Assembly: GCA_009602725.1 (NCBI GenBank)
Contig: WELB01000003.1
Coordinates: 635,032-699,031 of the forward strand
Length of the DNA: 64,000 nt
From: Spirogloea muscicola
Lineage: Eukaryota
Direction: 5' to 3'
In this document: piece after piece, positions 13,116 through 24,400 of the stretch
How the letters are laid out: every line of letters starts with the position of its first letter
Numbering within the stretch: position 1 is the first letter of the stretch
Made by a program: the position numbers and the translations under genes
The notes under the pieces: generated by a model
What the model saw: only the letters and a program-made list of their open reading frames with translations
The model's database searches: none
What the model was told of the DNA's origin: nothing

Positions 13116-14666
13116 CGTGGCCGCGCAGCCGACGGCGGCCGGCGGCGGCGCCCGGGCCAGCCCCGGCGGCTTCGGCAGCGCCGACGCCTGGGACGACTGG
13201 GGCGACGGCGGCGGCGGCAAGGCCAAGCTGGGCGGCGGCGATCTGCGCCGCAACCAGTCCGCGGAGGACCTGCACGGTGGCGAGCCCTCCGGCGCGGCGA
13301 TCAGCTTCGGGCCGCGCGCGGCGTCCACCGGCGACATCTACAGCCGCTCGGCGCTGGAGGCGTCGGCGGCCAACAAGGACAGCTTCTTCGCCATGCGCCA
13401 GGCGCAGAACGCGTCGCGGCCCGAGGGCCTGCCGCCCTCCCAGGGCGGCAAGTACACCGGCTTCGGATCCGCCGCCAGCCGGCCGCCCTCGGGCCGTGCC
13501 GCGGCGGCCGGCGGCGACATGCTCAACGACACCGTCAGCGTCGTCTCGCAGGCACGCTCGCTCACCGGCATTGCCGGCTTCGATCGGAGGCCGGCATGCC
13601 TTCTTCGGCGATTTGTGTGCGGTGCCCAGTTCGTGATCTGTTGATGCCGGCTGGTCTGACGGCGGCCGCTGTCCTCACTGTGTCGCCTGCAGGGCTTCAG
13701 CCGGCTCTCTGTCGTTGCCGCTTCCGCCGCTAGTGCTGTCCAGTCGGGCACGCGCGACATTGCTGCCAAGGTCTGGCAGCTCTCTTGCACCCTCGTTTGG
13801 CAGCTCGCCATCTCTGTTGTGCTCCTGTGGATTCACAAAGAGCTTGAATGTATTAGAGTGTCTGTGATGCTTGGCTCACTGCACGGATCTAGTTTTCTGC
13901 TAGGATGGATGCCTGCCAGTAGGAGGGTTCCTTGTGCGGATGTTCCGGAGATTTGCGGAGATTTAGGGATGTTGCTGAGAGCCGGCCATCTGCACCTCTC
14001 TCAGAGCAAGAAAGGCACGGTGAGACAGTGGCATAAATTACTTTTTCTCGGCCATGAAGCTAGGCTACATCTTGTCCTTGCTTGCGCTGCCAGGTCAGAG
14101 AGGGTGGGCTGGACAAGCAGCTGGGCGAGACAGCGTCGGTGGTGGCCTCGCGGACTACAGAGCTGAGCCAGAAGACGTGGGGCTACATGCGCGGCCTCGC
14201 GGCCATTGCCTCGCAGACCGTGGAGACGTACACCAAGGACGCCAGAGCTACCGGGACATCAATGCGGGTCGAGTCGCACGATGGTGGCGGTCCAGGCGGC
14301 AGCGGCTACACGCTTCAGAAGAGCTGGGATGAGTGGAACGACAACGAGGCTGACAATACCGACGAGGAGCACCACACCACCAAGGGCGGGGAAGCTGCAG
14401 CTGGCTCCTCTGCGCTGCCTCGTGCGTCATCCCAGGGGGAGCGGTCGGCCTTCCAGCACAACACCCAGGACTGGGACAATTGGGGCGACGACAACAACAG
14501 CGGCAGCGGAGGTGGCGGAGTCGGCCACAGCGGACGAGGTTCCCAAGGCTCCAGTATCACGCACTCGCAGAACGGCCAGGCCCTTGCAGCCAAGGGCGGC
14601 CATGATGACTGGGACGACTGGACCGAGAGCGGCGGCGGCACCTGGACAGGAGGAGGCTTCAAGTAG
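13116..14666 (+). CDS. ADP-ribosylation factor GTPase-activating protein (ArfGAP1/AGD6-7-like); N-terminal GAP domain presumably in gap 12847-13115
   Basis: IYSRSALEASAANKDSFFAMRQAQNASRPEGLPPSQGGKYTGFGS, then SQ|GFSRLS, QKTWGYMRG, and C-terminal WDDW...WTGGGF, as in plant AGD6/7. Exons to ~13550 (GC donor), 13693-13770, 14093-14666. Confidence 0.85.
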
Positions 14667-15388
14667 CCCCTGTACCAGCTGGCACAGCAGCCCGTGCTCC
14701 TAGAGGGCCCAGGTTCGAGTCGTGACAGTGGCTGGTGCTTCTGTTACCCAATTTCATGTCCCTACTTGTGCTGAACGTGGCTGCGCAGACAGCAGGCAGC
14801 TAAGGTCGGCAGCAATGTCGCACGGGCTGCCTGCTCTGACGAGAGCACACCCCACCCACTTCTCCCTAGATCTCTTGGAGTTCTGCTCCTGTGTCACTTG
14901 TTGATGAGTCTGCTGGCCGGGCCATCAGATCCTCGTTGGCCAGGTCTGGAGAGCTTAGAGATGGTGCCTTCTGCCCTCCTGAGACATCGTCTAGCGATGG
15001 TCGAGACATGGTCATCAACTATAGTACATTCGCCTTCCTAGGTCGACTACAGCGGGTCTGTTGTCAGTGTCTGCATCCTATTGAGCTGGGCTTTACGGGT
15101 GCACAGCGCTGCGTGTTTGAGCTAAGAGCAGGCTGGCTAGCATGTCAAGACAGCAGGTGTCAGCAACTCTTTGGCAGCCACTTCCTGCCGGCCACCCTAA
15201 TAGTAACCGACACTTCCACCTGGCAATGTTAGCAGGTAACTGCAGACTTGTGACGTGAGCACCTGACCTCAAATGTTGCAACTGGATTTGTATGTATCAG
15301 GTAATGCAGGTTTGCCTTTATAAGCCTTGAATATCGAAGCCCTGTGATGTTGTTGCAAATCCGAAGTGGATTGCCACCGCAAGTGCTT

Positions 15389-16669
15389 TTATTCAGTTTT
15401 GCGATGCCACACACCAGGCAATATAAGCTTCTCAGGGAGGCAGTGTCCCAACTTCATCGCGCCTTCTTGCGTGGTTGGGTGCGTTTGTCACTAGTGGGTG
15501 GAAGTCTACACGACCCGTGCACCCCAATCACTGCCAAAAACAAAAGACAAGATAAGGCACTTGTAAGCATAGACACAGCAGGCTGAGGCTGGTGTACATG
15601 TGGACTCCTTGACGCTCAGCAGGAGCTGACGCCATTGACTGCCTGTAGACAACCTCGAAAAAGTGCAGGCATGACTCATAAACTCAGCTGAGTTTGCCAG
15701 CATCAGAGGGAACTGCACTCTCACCTACTACACTCAGGACCACCGCCCAGAGCAGGGCAAAGGTGACTTGAAAGTACAGCATGATGACCCAAATGACTGC
15801 GCTTGAGAACAATGCAAAAGTCGCTGACTGTCAGTCGCTTTGCAAATATGAAAAAGGCTATTACAAGCACTGCAGAGCTCATAAATATCAGCGGCCTGAT
15901 ATTTTGGCATCAACTTCTGCTTGCAAATTGCTCTCAAGGTTTCCCAAATTGGAGAAAGTGGAAGCTGGGAGACAGGGGCGCCTGTCAAAGGGACATCGAG
16001 ATTGCCGTCTTACGGATCTGAGACGCCATGCTGAGGCAACGGAACCGCATGCCCTGCTTGTCCAGCGTCGCGTGAGCGCTGTACTCGCGGAACCAGTGCC
16101 AGACTTTGACCGCGAGGAGCAGGCCCGCGAGCGCCATCGGGTGCTGGTACCTGCCACCACCCGGTGGACACGGCGAGCCCCTTCACACAGCTTCTGAGGC
16201 TGACCCAGATTGCAAGACGAGCTCGGTAGGCCGTCGCCAGGGCCTCATCCTTCTAGATGCAGCAGTAACTGCATCTACATGAGAGTTGTTACTGTATCAA
16301 GGATGATGAGGACGAAGCATGCCCGCATGGCTCAGAGGAGAAGTACAAGACGACTGGGTAGACGTGCAGAGAAGAGGCAGCTGTTAGCAGAGGTAGTTAT
16401 TAGAAGATTGCATGCTAACAGTGAGTGCTAAGATGTGATTGTCCCATAATTAAGTACAAGCGAGCGGCGGGCGCTCACAGGACGCAGCAGGCGAGGACGG
16501 CGGCGAGCGCGGCGTAGTTGCCGGCGAAGCGGGCGGCGTTGTCGCCCAAGCGCGCGCCGGCGTCGGCGAGCGACGCGGGCAGGGCGTAGGCAGCGCCGGG
16601 CCCGGCGCCGCCGTCGAAGAACTCGCCTGTCCACGGCGCCGGCGGCTTGGCCAGGTCGTCGGTCGTCAG
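15389..16669 (-). CDS. PRA1 family (prenylated Rab acceptor, PRA1.H-like); start hidden in gap
   Basis: PWTGEFF...ARLGDNAARFAGNYAAL (to ~16479) | YQHPMALAGLLLAVKVWHW (~16150-16014) | AVIWVIMLYFQVTFALLWAVVLSVV (~15800-15724) | VIGVHGSCRL (15530-15389). Confidence 0.75.
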
Positions 16670-17371
16670 NNNNNNNNNNNNNNNNNNNNNNNNNNNNNNN
16701 NNNNNNNNNNNNNNNNNNNNNNNNNNNNNNNNNNNNNNNNNNNNNNNNNNNNNNNNNNNNNNNNNNNNNNNNNNNNNNNNNNNNNNNNNNNNNNNNNNNN
16801 NNNNNNNNNNNNNNNNNNNNNNNNNNNNNNNNNNNNNNNNNNNNNNNNNNNNNNNNNNNNNNNNNNNNNNNNNNNNNNNNNNNNNNNNNNNNNNNNNNNN
16901 NNNNNNNNNNNNNNNNNNNNNNNNNNNNNNNNNNNNNNNNNNNNNNNNNNNNNNNNNNNNNNNNNNNNNNNNNNNNNNNNNNNNNNNNNNNNNNNNNNNN
17001 NNNNNNNNNNNNNNNNNNNNNNNNNNNNNNNNNNNNNNNNNNNNNNNNNNNNNNNNNNNNNNNNNNNNNNNNNNNNNNNNNNNNNNNNNNNNNNNNNNNN
17101 NNNNNNNNNNNNNNNNNNNNNNNNNNNNNNNNNNNNNNNNNNNNNNNNNNNNNNNNNNNNNNNNNNNNNNNNNNNNNNNNNNNNNNNNNNNNNNNNNNNN
17201 NNNNNNNNNNNNNNNNNNNNNNNNNNNNNNNNNNNNNNNNNNNNNNNNNNNNNNNNNNNNNNNNNNNNNNNNNNNNNNNNNNNNNNNNNNNNNNNNNNNN
17301 NNNNNNNNNNNNNNNNNNNNNNNNNGGGCACCCGGGCGGCGGGCGCCGCCGCCGGCGCCGGCGCCGCGGCT

Positions 17372-19727
17372 ATGGAGACGGACCCCGTCATGGCCTGGCT
17401 CAAGTCCGAGGGCGGCGCCTCGGCCGTCGCGCGCGTCACGCCAGTCGCCGGCGGCTGCATCAACGCCGCGCACCGTTACGACACCGACGCCGGCCCCTTC
17501 TTCGTCAAGACCAACAGGTCTGCCACTGCTGCCGCTTTTAAATCCCAAAGTTGGAAACGGCACTTCACGTTCCCTTTGCTTCCATCTAGTGACGCTAGCG
17601 GGGCTCTAGCTTTCAAGCTCGAGCTCGGCGACGGGGTGTCGCACCCCGGTGGCTGCTGAATGTGGCGGTCTCTTGTGGGCTGGCCAGGAGCATCGGCCCG
17701 TCCATGTTCGAGGCCGAGGCCCGAGGCCTGCAGGCCATGTGGGAGACGCACACGCTGCGCATCCCCAAGCCTCTCAAGGTGGGCCGACGCAGCACCAATC
17801 TAACGTACATTGCGCCTCATCTGCCGCTGCCGTATGCGTCAGTCATATCGCCTTGACAGGAGTATCGAGCTGCAAGTCTCCGATGGTGGAGGTGTTGCGT
17901 GATTGGTTAGCAAGGCAGCTCCGATGGGCAGACAAGCTTTGCTGTGTTTGCTGTCTTCTCAAGCTGAATCTCAACCCTTGGCAGGCCTGTAACAGGTCGG
18001 GTCCCTGCCTGGGAGGGGCTCGTTCATCATCATGGAGTATATTGAGCTTGGCTCACCCCAAGGCGGACAAGTAAGTGCCATCTTTTTGCACTCTCCTGCA
18101 ATGGCACATTACAGACTTGGCGCATACACTCCATGTGCCTCCTTGAAGAACGAAGACTTGTAGAGGAGCATAAAGCATGACATTGTTGGATGCGTGTCAT
18201 TTGCACAAGTGGGCATCCTGCATCATCGTCAAGTAACGCCTTCTTGCTGAGGCCCATCATTGAGGAGCTCTCCACTGCTGTTGTGCTATAGTAGAAGTGA
18301 CAGCGATATGCTCTTCTACCTTGGTTGACAGGCTGTTTTGGGTAGGCAGTTAGCAGAGATGCACGGCAACTCGACCAGCACCAAGGGCTTTGGTTTCGAT
18401 CTTGACAACACAATTGGCAGGTGAAAGCTCGCCAGAAGCTACTGTCCTCGTGCTTTGCAGGCATGTTGAGCACCTGACAGATTTCTTTGACACGCTGACG
18501 ATGTTGAGAATGGTTGTCTGGCTGGCAATATGTAGCACGCCGCAGCCAAACCCCTGGACCAAGGACTGGACGACCTTCTTCAAAGACCACCGTCTGGGTT
18601 ACCAATTCCAGCTTGCACAGCAGCAGTACCAGGACAACGAGATATTCCAGCTTGGTATTTTATTGCACCTGCTGATTGCGCATGCTGGCACGATGGCAAG
18701 AAGTTGTGTTAGCGCTTGTGACATGTCTATAATGGGCAACAGGGCATACTCTGGCGTTGCAGGACATCAATGAGTCTGCGGGTTCATCCTGCTGCTCAAC
18801 TAGAATTCTGCACTTGTGGCAGATAGCTTGGCTGCTCCAGAGCTTGTGTAGAAGTGAAAGGCAGTCAACAGCGCGCTGATACTGGGCTCCTCCTCGTACT
18901 TCTGAAGGAAGGTATCCCTAGTCACCAACTAACATTGTGCGTCGTGAACGCGGCCACTCTGCTTGCCTTTCTCAATGCAGGTCAGAGACTCCTGGGGAAG
19001 TTGCCGGAATTACTGGGAGATGTAGAGGTAAAGCCAGCCCTCCTCCATGGCGATCTTTGGAGTGGCAACATCACTGCTGACAAGCAGGGGAGATATGTCA
19101 TATTGGATCCAGCTACATACTGTGAGTTGTGTCTGGCGTGGGCCTATTGGGACCCGTCAATATGCTGCACTATGGGCTTGCATCAGTAGACACAAATGAT
19201 GCTTCCTAATTGGGCTAGCGGTTTTCAGGAAGCTGGCAATGATCTGAACGAACAAGCTTTGCTGTTGACCAGACGGGCACAGCGAAGCTGAGTTTGGAAT
19301 GTCTTGGTGTGCTGGCTTTGGTCCTGCTTTCTACAGCGCTTACTTTGCGGTGAGAATAGAAGGTTCAGTTATCGTTTTCCTGATTGTTGCTGCTTAAGTA
19401 GTACTTGTGACATCCTTGCAACATGTAAATGGTCCATGTGCATGGTTTTTTGCAAAAATAAATATATGTTGCCTGCGATCGTCTTTGATGCAGCGGCTCT
19501 TGTGTAGGATGCTAGGGCCGTGACACATACACATTGTTGTGCCCTTTGAGCCGAGTTGCTTTTCTATTGAACCAATCTGGCCACGAATATTGCAGGTGCT
19601 ACCTAAGCAGCCTGGCTTTGAGCAGCGAGCGGAGCTCTACAAGCTATACCACTATTTGAATCATTACAACCTCTTTGGCTCTGGTTACCGCTCATCATGC
19701 ATGTCTATCATCCAGAAATTTATTTGA
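17372..19727 (+). CDS. Fructosamine/ribulosamine 3-kinase family protein (true start may lie upstream in gap)
   Basis: VAGGCIN, FFVKTNR, MFEAEARGL, FGFDLDNTIG, TPQPNPW, LLHGDLWSGN, DPATYYGHSEAEFGMSW and LYHYLNHYNLFGSGY over 8 exons. Confidence 0.93.
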
Positions 19728-19799
19728 CAAGCAGCCAAGCTTCTTTGTAGGTGAAGCATGGCATGAACTAGCAGCCTGGGCTTTGGAGCTTCTCCTTTG

Positions 19800-20960
19800 G
19801 TAGTTGACCGTGATCATATCTCATGGGCTGGCTTTGCACAGCCCTCGCCCCCTTTGGAAGAGCCAGTATCTTCCTTGGCACTGCTCCTGCTCTTCAGCTC
19901 CTTTGAACCTTGTCACTTTTTGTGGGCTTGCCCCCCGGGGCCCCTTATGGAGGAACTTCTCGCACTGTTACTGTGGCCCCCTTCAGCTTGAGGCTTCGCT
20001 TTGTGTCGCCCATCCTTTGCTCTAGCTTCTGCCTGAACAGTGTGTCGGCTTTGAAGTGGCCTCCATCTCATTCTAGCCGCACCGTGCTCCTCTTTTTGGA
20101 AGAGCTGCTCCTGATTCTGAGTATGCATCTCTCTGACTTGTGGCAGCTGGTCAGGCTACACTGAGCACCCATTTCTAGTAGCCACGTGCATTGCTATGTG
20201 GACTAGCGCTCTGGCCCTTTCGGTCCCTTTCTATTCACCTGGGGCTGGCCTTTTGAAGCCATCGCCCCGCCCCCTTTTGAAAAGCAGAGTACTTGTTGCA
20301 TTGCCTTCCGCCCCTCCTCGCGTAGCAGAATCTTTGGTACTCCATTTAGCTCCCAACAATTCATCAGAAAGCAAGAGCTCTTCGAGAGGGTGCGGTGGTT
20401 GTAGAAGAGCAAGAAGCAGGTCATCTGAAGAGGGCGAGCTGCAAAAAGCCAGGCCGAGATGAAGGGACAAGGGGGAGATGGTCTGTGGAAGGCCAGCCCA
20501 CTTAGTGAGGACAAGGTCTGCAGGATCTGGAAAACGCGTGACCACACAGCTACACAGGTGTTAGAAGGGGTTACTAAGCGACCATCCTTCACGGTACTTG
20601 CAAATGGTGTCTCAGTCCTTAGCACTCCGGCTCCTTCAGACCTTGTCCATTCTTTTGGGCTGGCCTCTCCCAGCCACCAGTTAATCTGGCCGCGCTTGCC
20701 TTGCATAGGGTGTGACTTAAAGCTTTCCGGCCCCTTTGGACCTTGTTCATCTTCTTCAGGTTCTCTGTTCCGAGCCATTGCCTTAAATTTGATTAGTAGT
20801 TTCTTTTCTTTATTTCCCAGACCTCGCCCCTTCTGATGGAAGAGCACTTTCTTCTCAGAGAGCTCACTTTCCTTGTTAGGCAAGTGGCTACTACAAATGG
20901 TTGCTCAAAATCCCCCAGTCAGCAGCCGCAAGTCAGAGTAGCTTGCATCCGGGAAATTGT
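19800..20960. mobile_element. Cluster of retrotransposon 3'-end relics
   Basis: GGGCTGG..CAGCC hairpin motifs at 19825, 20241 and 20657; SYSDLRLLTG on minus at ~20905-20945; 80-bp lineage-C tail at 20622-20700. Confidence 0.65.
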
Positions 20961-21158
20961 CATCACGGCGAAGACAGCAGCAGCCAAAGCGCAGCCTGCC
21001 CGCGAGTGCAGTGCAAATGCCTGGGATAGGAACGGCGCAGCGAGACTGACAGGCGCATGCAGGACACCTGAGCGAGCGATCCGCTCTCGGCTGGCTTTCA
21101 CAGCCTCCTCTTGATATACTCAGCGGCTTTCGTTTAAATCATGGGGCTGCCATTTGTG

Positions 21159-21225
21159 GTTTAGGGTGTAGGGTTTAGAATCTTAGCTTAGCTTAGCTTA
21201 GCACTTAGCACTTAGCACTTAGCTT
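21159..21225. repeat. Telomere-like TTTAGGG followed by (CTTAG)4 and (CACTTAG)3 microsatellite
   Basis: Seen directly, just upstream of the SelD-fusion 5' region. Confidence 0.8.
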
Positions 21226-21436
21226 CACACTCACCCTGCAACCTGCTCGCCTCGCCCAGCCGCCGCCGCCGCCGCCGCCGCCGTCGAGTCTCAGCTTCTC
21301 TCGGCAGGCCGATCAGCTGCGTACGTCTTTCTGCTCGGCGGCCGGAGCTCTCCATGCAGCTCGGAGACCTGGGCGTCCCTGGCGGCCGGCGAGCTGAGCG
21401 TAGCACGAGCTCAGCGGGGCTCGAGCTACGCGCGCC

Positions 21437-24400
21437 ATGAGGGCCTCGCAGCAGCCGACGCCCGTAGTGAAGGACCTCGTGTTCCTCGGTGGTGGCCACA
21501 GGTGCATCACACGCACCCCATTGCACTGACCGGGGGCTCACTTCGATGCCATTGATAAGGCTTGTGTAGATATGCACCTGAGCAAGTCCTGAGCATGTCA
21601 AGGCAGCTGCCATGCGGCCGGTACTACGTCTATCTGATGGTGGCCTACAGAACGGGTGTTCCAGTGCCATTTGGTTGAGCTGTTATGCTCACAAGCCAAG
21701 GCTATTGTTACATCCAGCCAGCGTCTGAAACTTAAACAGACAGCTAGTCATGATCTGGCCTTGGAAGTGGTTCACTTTTAGTGGCGTGTCGCGGAACAAA
21801 ATCTACAGCTTCTGTTAACACGGCCATGTGCGACTGCAAGTGACTAGAAGAGCCTCATTGTCTAAAATCTTGGCATGGTTTATGGACTCGTGCAGTCACG
21901 TGATTGTGCTGAAGAGCTTTGGCATGAAGCCCATGCCTGGCGTGAGATTGACGCTCGTTAGTAGGGATGTTCATACCCCATACAGTGGCATGCTCCCTGG
22001 CTATGTGGCAGGTCCTGTTTGAACCCTATGGCAGACCCATGGAGCTACAGTAACAGGATGATCTGCACATAATCAAGCAGTAGATTGCCATCTTTGAACT
22101 GTGCTGACAGCATTGGAGACTAAAGAAAAGAGATAAATCCAAAGCCCCAAGTCAGAACCCTAAGCATACATTCAAGGTCCAAGTGAATGGTGCCGTAAGC
22201 ATTCCCTGTACCTATAGATGGCTTCTAATCTACTTGTGGTGTTGCGTCATAAGCGCCTGCTGCTGAGAGGTTATTATGTTGTGTATGAGCGCCTGCTGTT
22301 GACAGGCCATTATGCATACGAGGACTGTCACATCGACCTGCGGAGGCTAGCACGGTTTGCGGGCGCACGTCTGATTCACTGCTCAGCAAGTGGCATTGAC
22401 ATGCAGGTAGTGTGATGTCCTCCTAGTTGATGCAGCACATGAAAGAAAGTACTTATTTCATAGTAGAGATGCCTTCAGCATGCTTTGCAGTAGTGCACAG
22501 GAAGCTAATATTTTCAGCTGCTTTTGTGCAGCTCAAGCAAGTTCTTCTCGATGGGCGGCCACCCATGAAGTTTGATGTTCTTTCGCTTGACATCGGTGTC
22601 ACTTCTCTCGTATGCTGTCATACCAACTGCTCTATCACTGACTGTTGCAAATCATGTAGATCTACCCACTTGCTGGACATCTTACCTCATCGTTGCGTAC
22701 CACTGGTCTTTGCTTCTTCCGCCTGGCAATGTAGCTTGAAGTTGGCTACAAGCGCTGGCATATTGCAGCAACAAGTCTCAGGAGCTGCCAAGTATACGAC
22801 ACCGGTCAAGCCTATCAACCTCTTCCACGAGCGCTGGCAAAAGACATTGGACCGCATCACATCCTGCCCTTCTGAGGTACGAGCTCATGAGTATTGACAT
22901 TGACTTTCACGAAGTTGGCACCTGTGGCATCTACATGATCGTCAAGAGCCTGCCTGCTTTGCAGGCCCTTCAAGAAGAGGCACTTCTTCATTGCCCCAGC
23001 GCACCTAGCTTCAGTTGTGGATTGTTCCTGCTTGTGACTCACCTTTGCACTTAGCTGAGCCAGGAGGAGAGAATTGCGATCGTAGGTGGTGGGGCAGGCG
23101 GCGTAGAGCTCTGCCTGGCTATTCAGCATCGCCTGCTTGAAGAGCTTAAGGTGCTAAGCAGTAACAACACCCTCGTGCAATTTGTGCTCGAGGACCAACA
23201 ATATGAGCAACCAACCAATTTAGCTTCTCTGCTTGGAGTCCTGGATGCATCCAGGAGTACCATGAATCAATTAGCTGTTGGCTAGCTTGAGTGTGTGGAG
23301 GGTTGACTTTGGATTTAACATCATAGTGCATAGTGTTGTAAGGCTTGTCGTTTGCGTGTGTCTGACAGTCGTAGTAAGATCTCTACAGCCTGCAATGAAA
23401 TGCCCATTATGTGCTTGAAAGCCTAGATGAGCACATCTTGAGTTTTTTTACCCTGGGTTGCAGATTCGTGGCAAGAGCACCGGGGGCCTCTCATTCCAAC
23501 TGTATACCCGCAGTCGGTTGCTGCCAATGCACGCGCCAGCTGCTGGCAAGATGTTTGAGCGAATACTACGAGACCGAGGTCGTGCACCCCTCTAGCTCGT
23601 GACATATTTAGTGGTCAAGGTTGCGGCACAGCTTATGAGTTGCTACACAAAACCCCTCAAGTCTTTTGTCTGGCCCCTTCTAAAACTCCTCTGCTTCACA
23701 ATGTCATGTTTTGAGTCTGTTGACTGCCAAGATTAAGCACCCACCATTCTTACTTATGCTCCCGTAAGCTGCTCATGTTCAGGTGTACAGATTGTGCAGT
23801 CCAATGAGATAGCAGAGGTTCAAGAGAACGTTCTTCTGTCAACAAGTGGCCAGAAGTTTGCCTTCAGTGAATGCTTTTGGTGCACAGAGGTAGGCTTGAG
23901 GGGTCCATCTGTATCCTGATTGACCAACACGTTCTCAGTATGTCAATGACATCCTCTCTCCAATTTCATAACACAAGAATATCACAACAACGTCACTTGA
24001 CTTGACAGGGCGGCGCCCCAGCTTGGTTAAACGGCACGGAATTAGCCCTTGATCGCAACGGTTTTGTAAGCATTGAGGAGACTCTACAATCCATTAGCCA
24101 TACTGGCATCTTTGCTGCTGGGGATATCCATGCCTCGGACGTCCACCCCCGGCCAAAGGCAGGCGTTTTTGCAGTTCGACAGGTCAGCTATTAGTAAGTT
24201 ATTGAAAATTTTCAGTCTCTTTGCCGTGTCTGTGCGCTGGTAAGCTGAAAATTGCTAACTGAGGTCTTGGTAATTGATTCCATCTGCTGTCACATGCTAA
24301 GCTATTTGCTACTTTGGCAGGGCCCTCCACTAGCAGACAATTTGCGAAGGCACCTACTTGGAAAGTCACTGAAGCCATTCAGACCGCAACTAAAGTATCT

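Noticed and set aside
12614..13733. 300+ aa ORFs spanning N-gaps (also 16475-17609, 35497-36888)
   Set aside because: Lengths and frames are artefacts of translating through Ns.
20203..20883. 226-aa ORF (and similar ones at 33950, 37638, 45537)
   Set aside because: They cross stacked retroelement UTR fragments and show no coherent domain.
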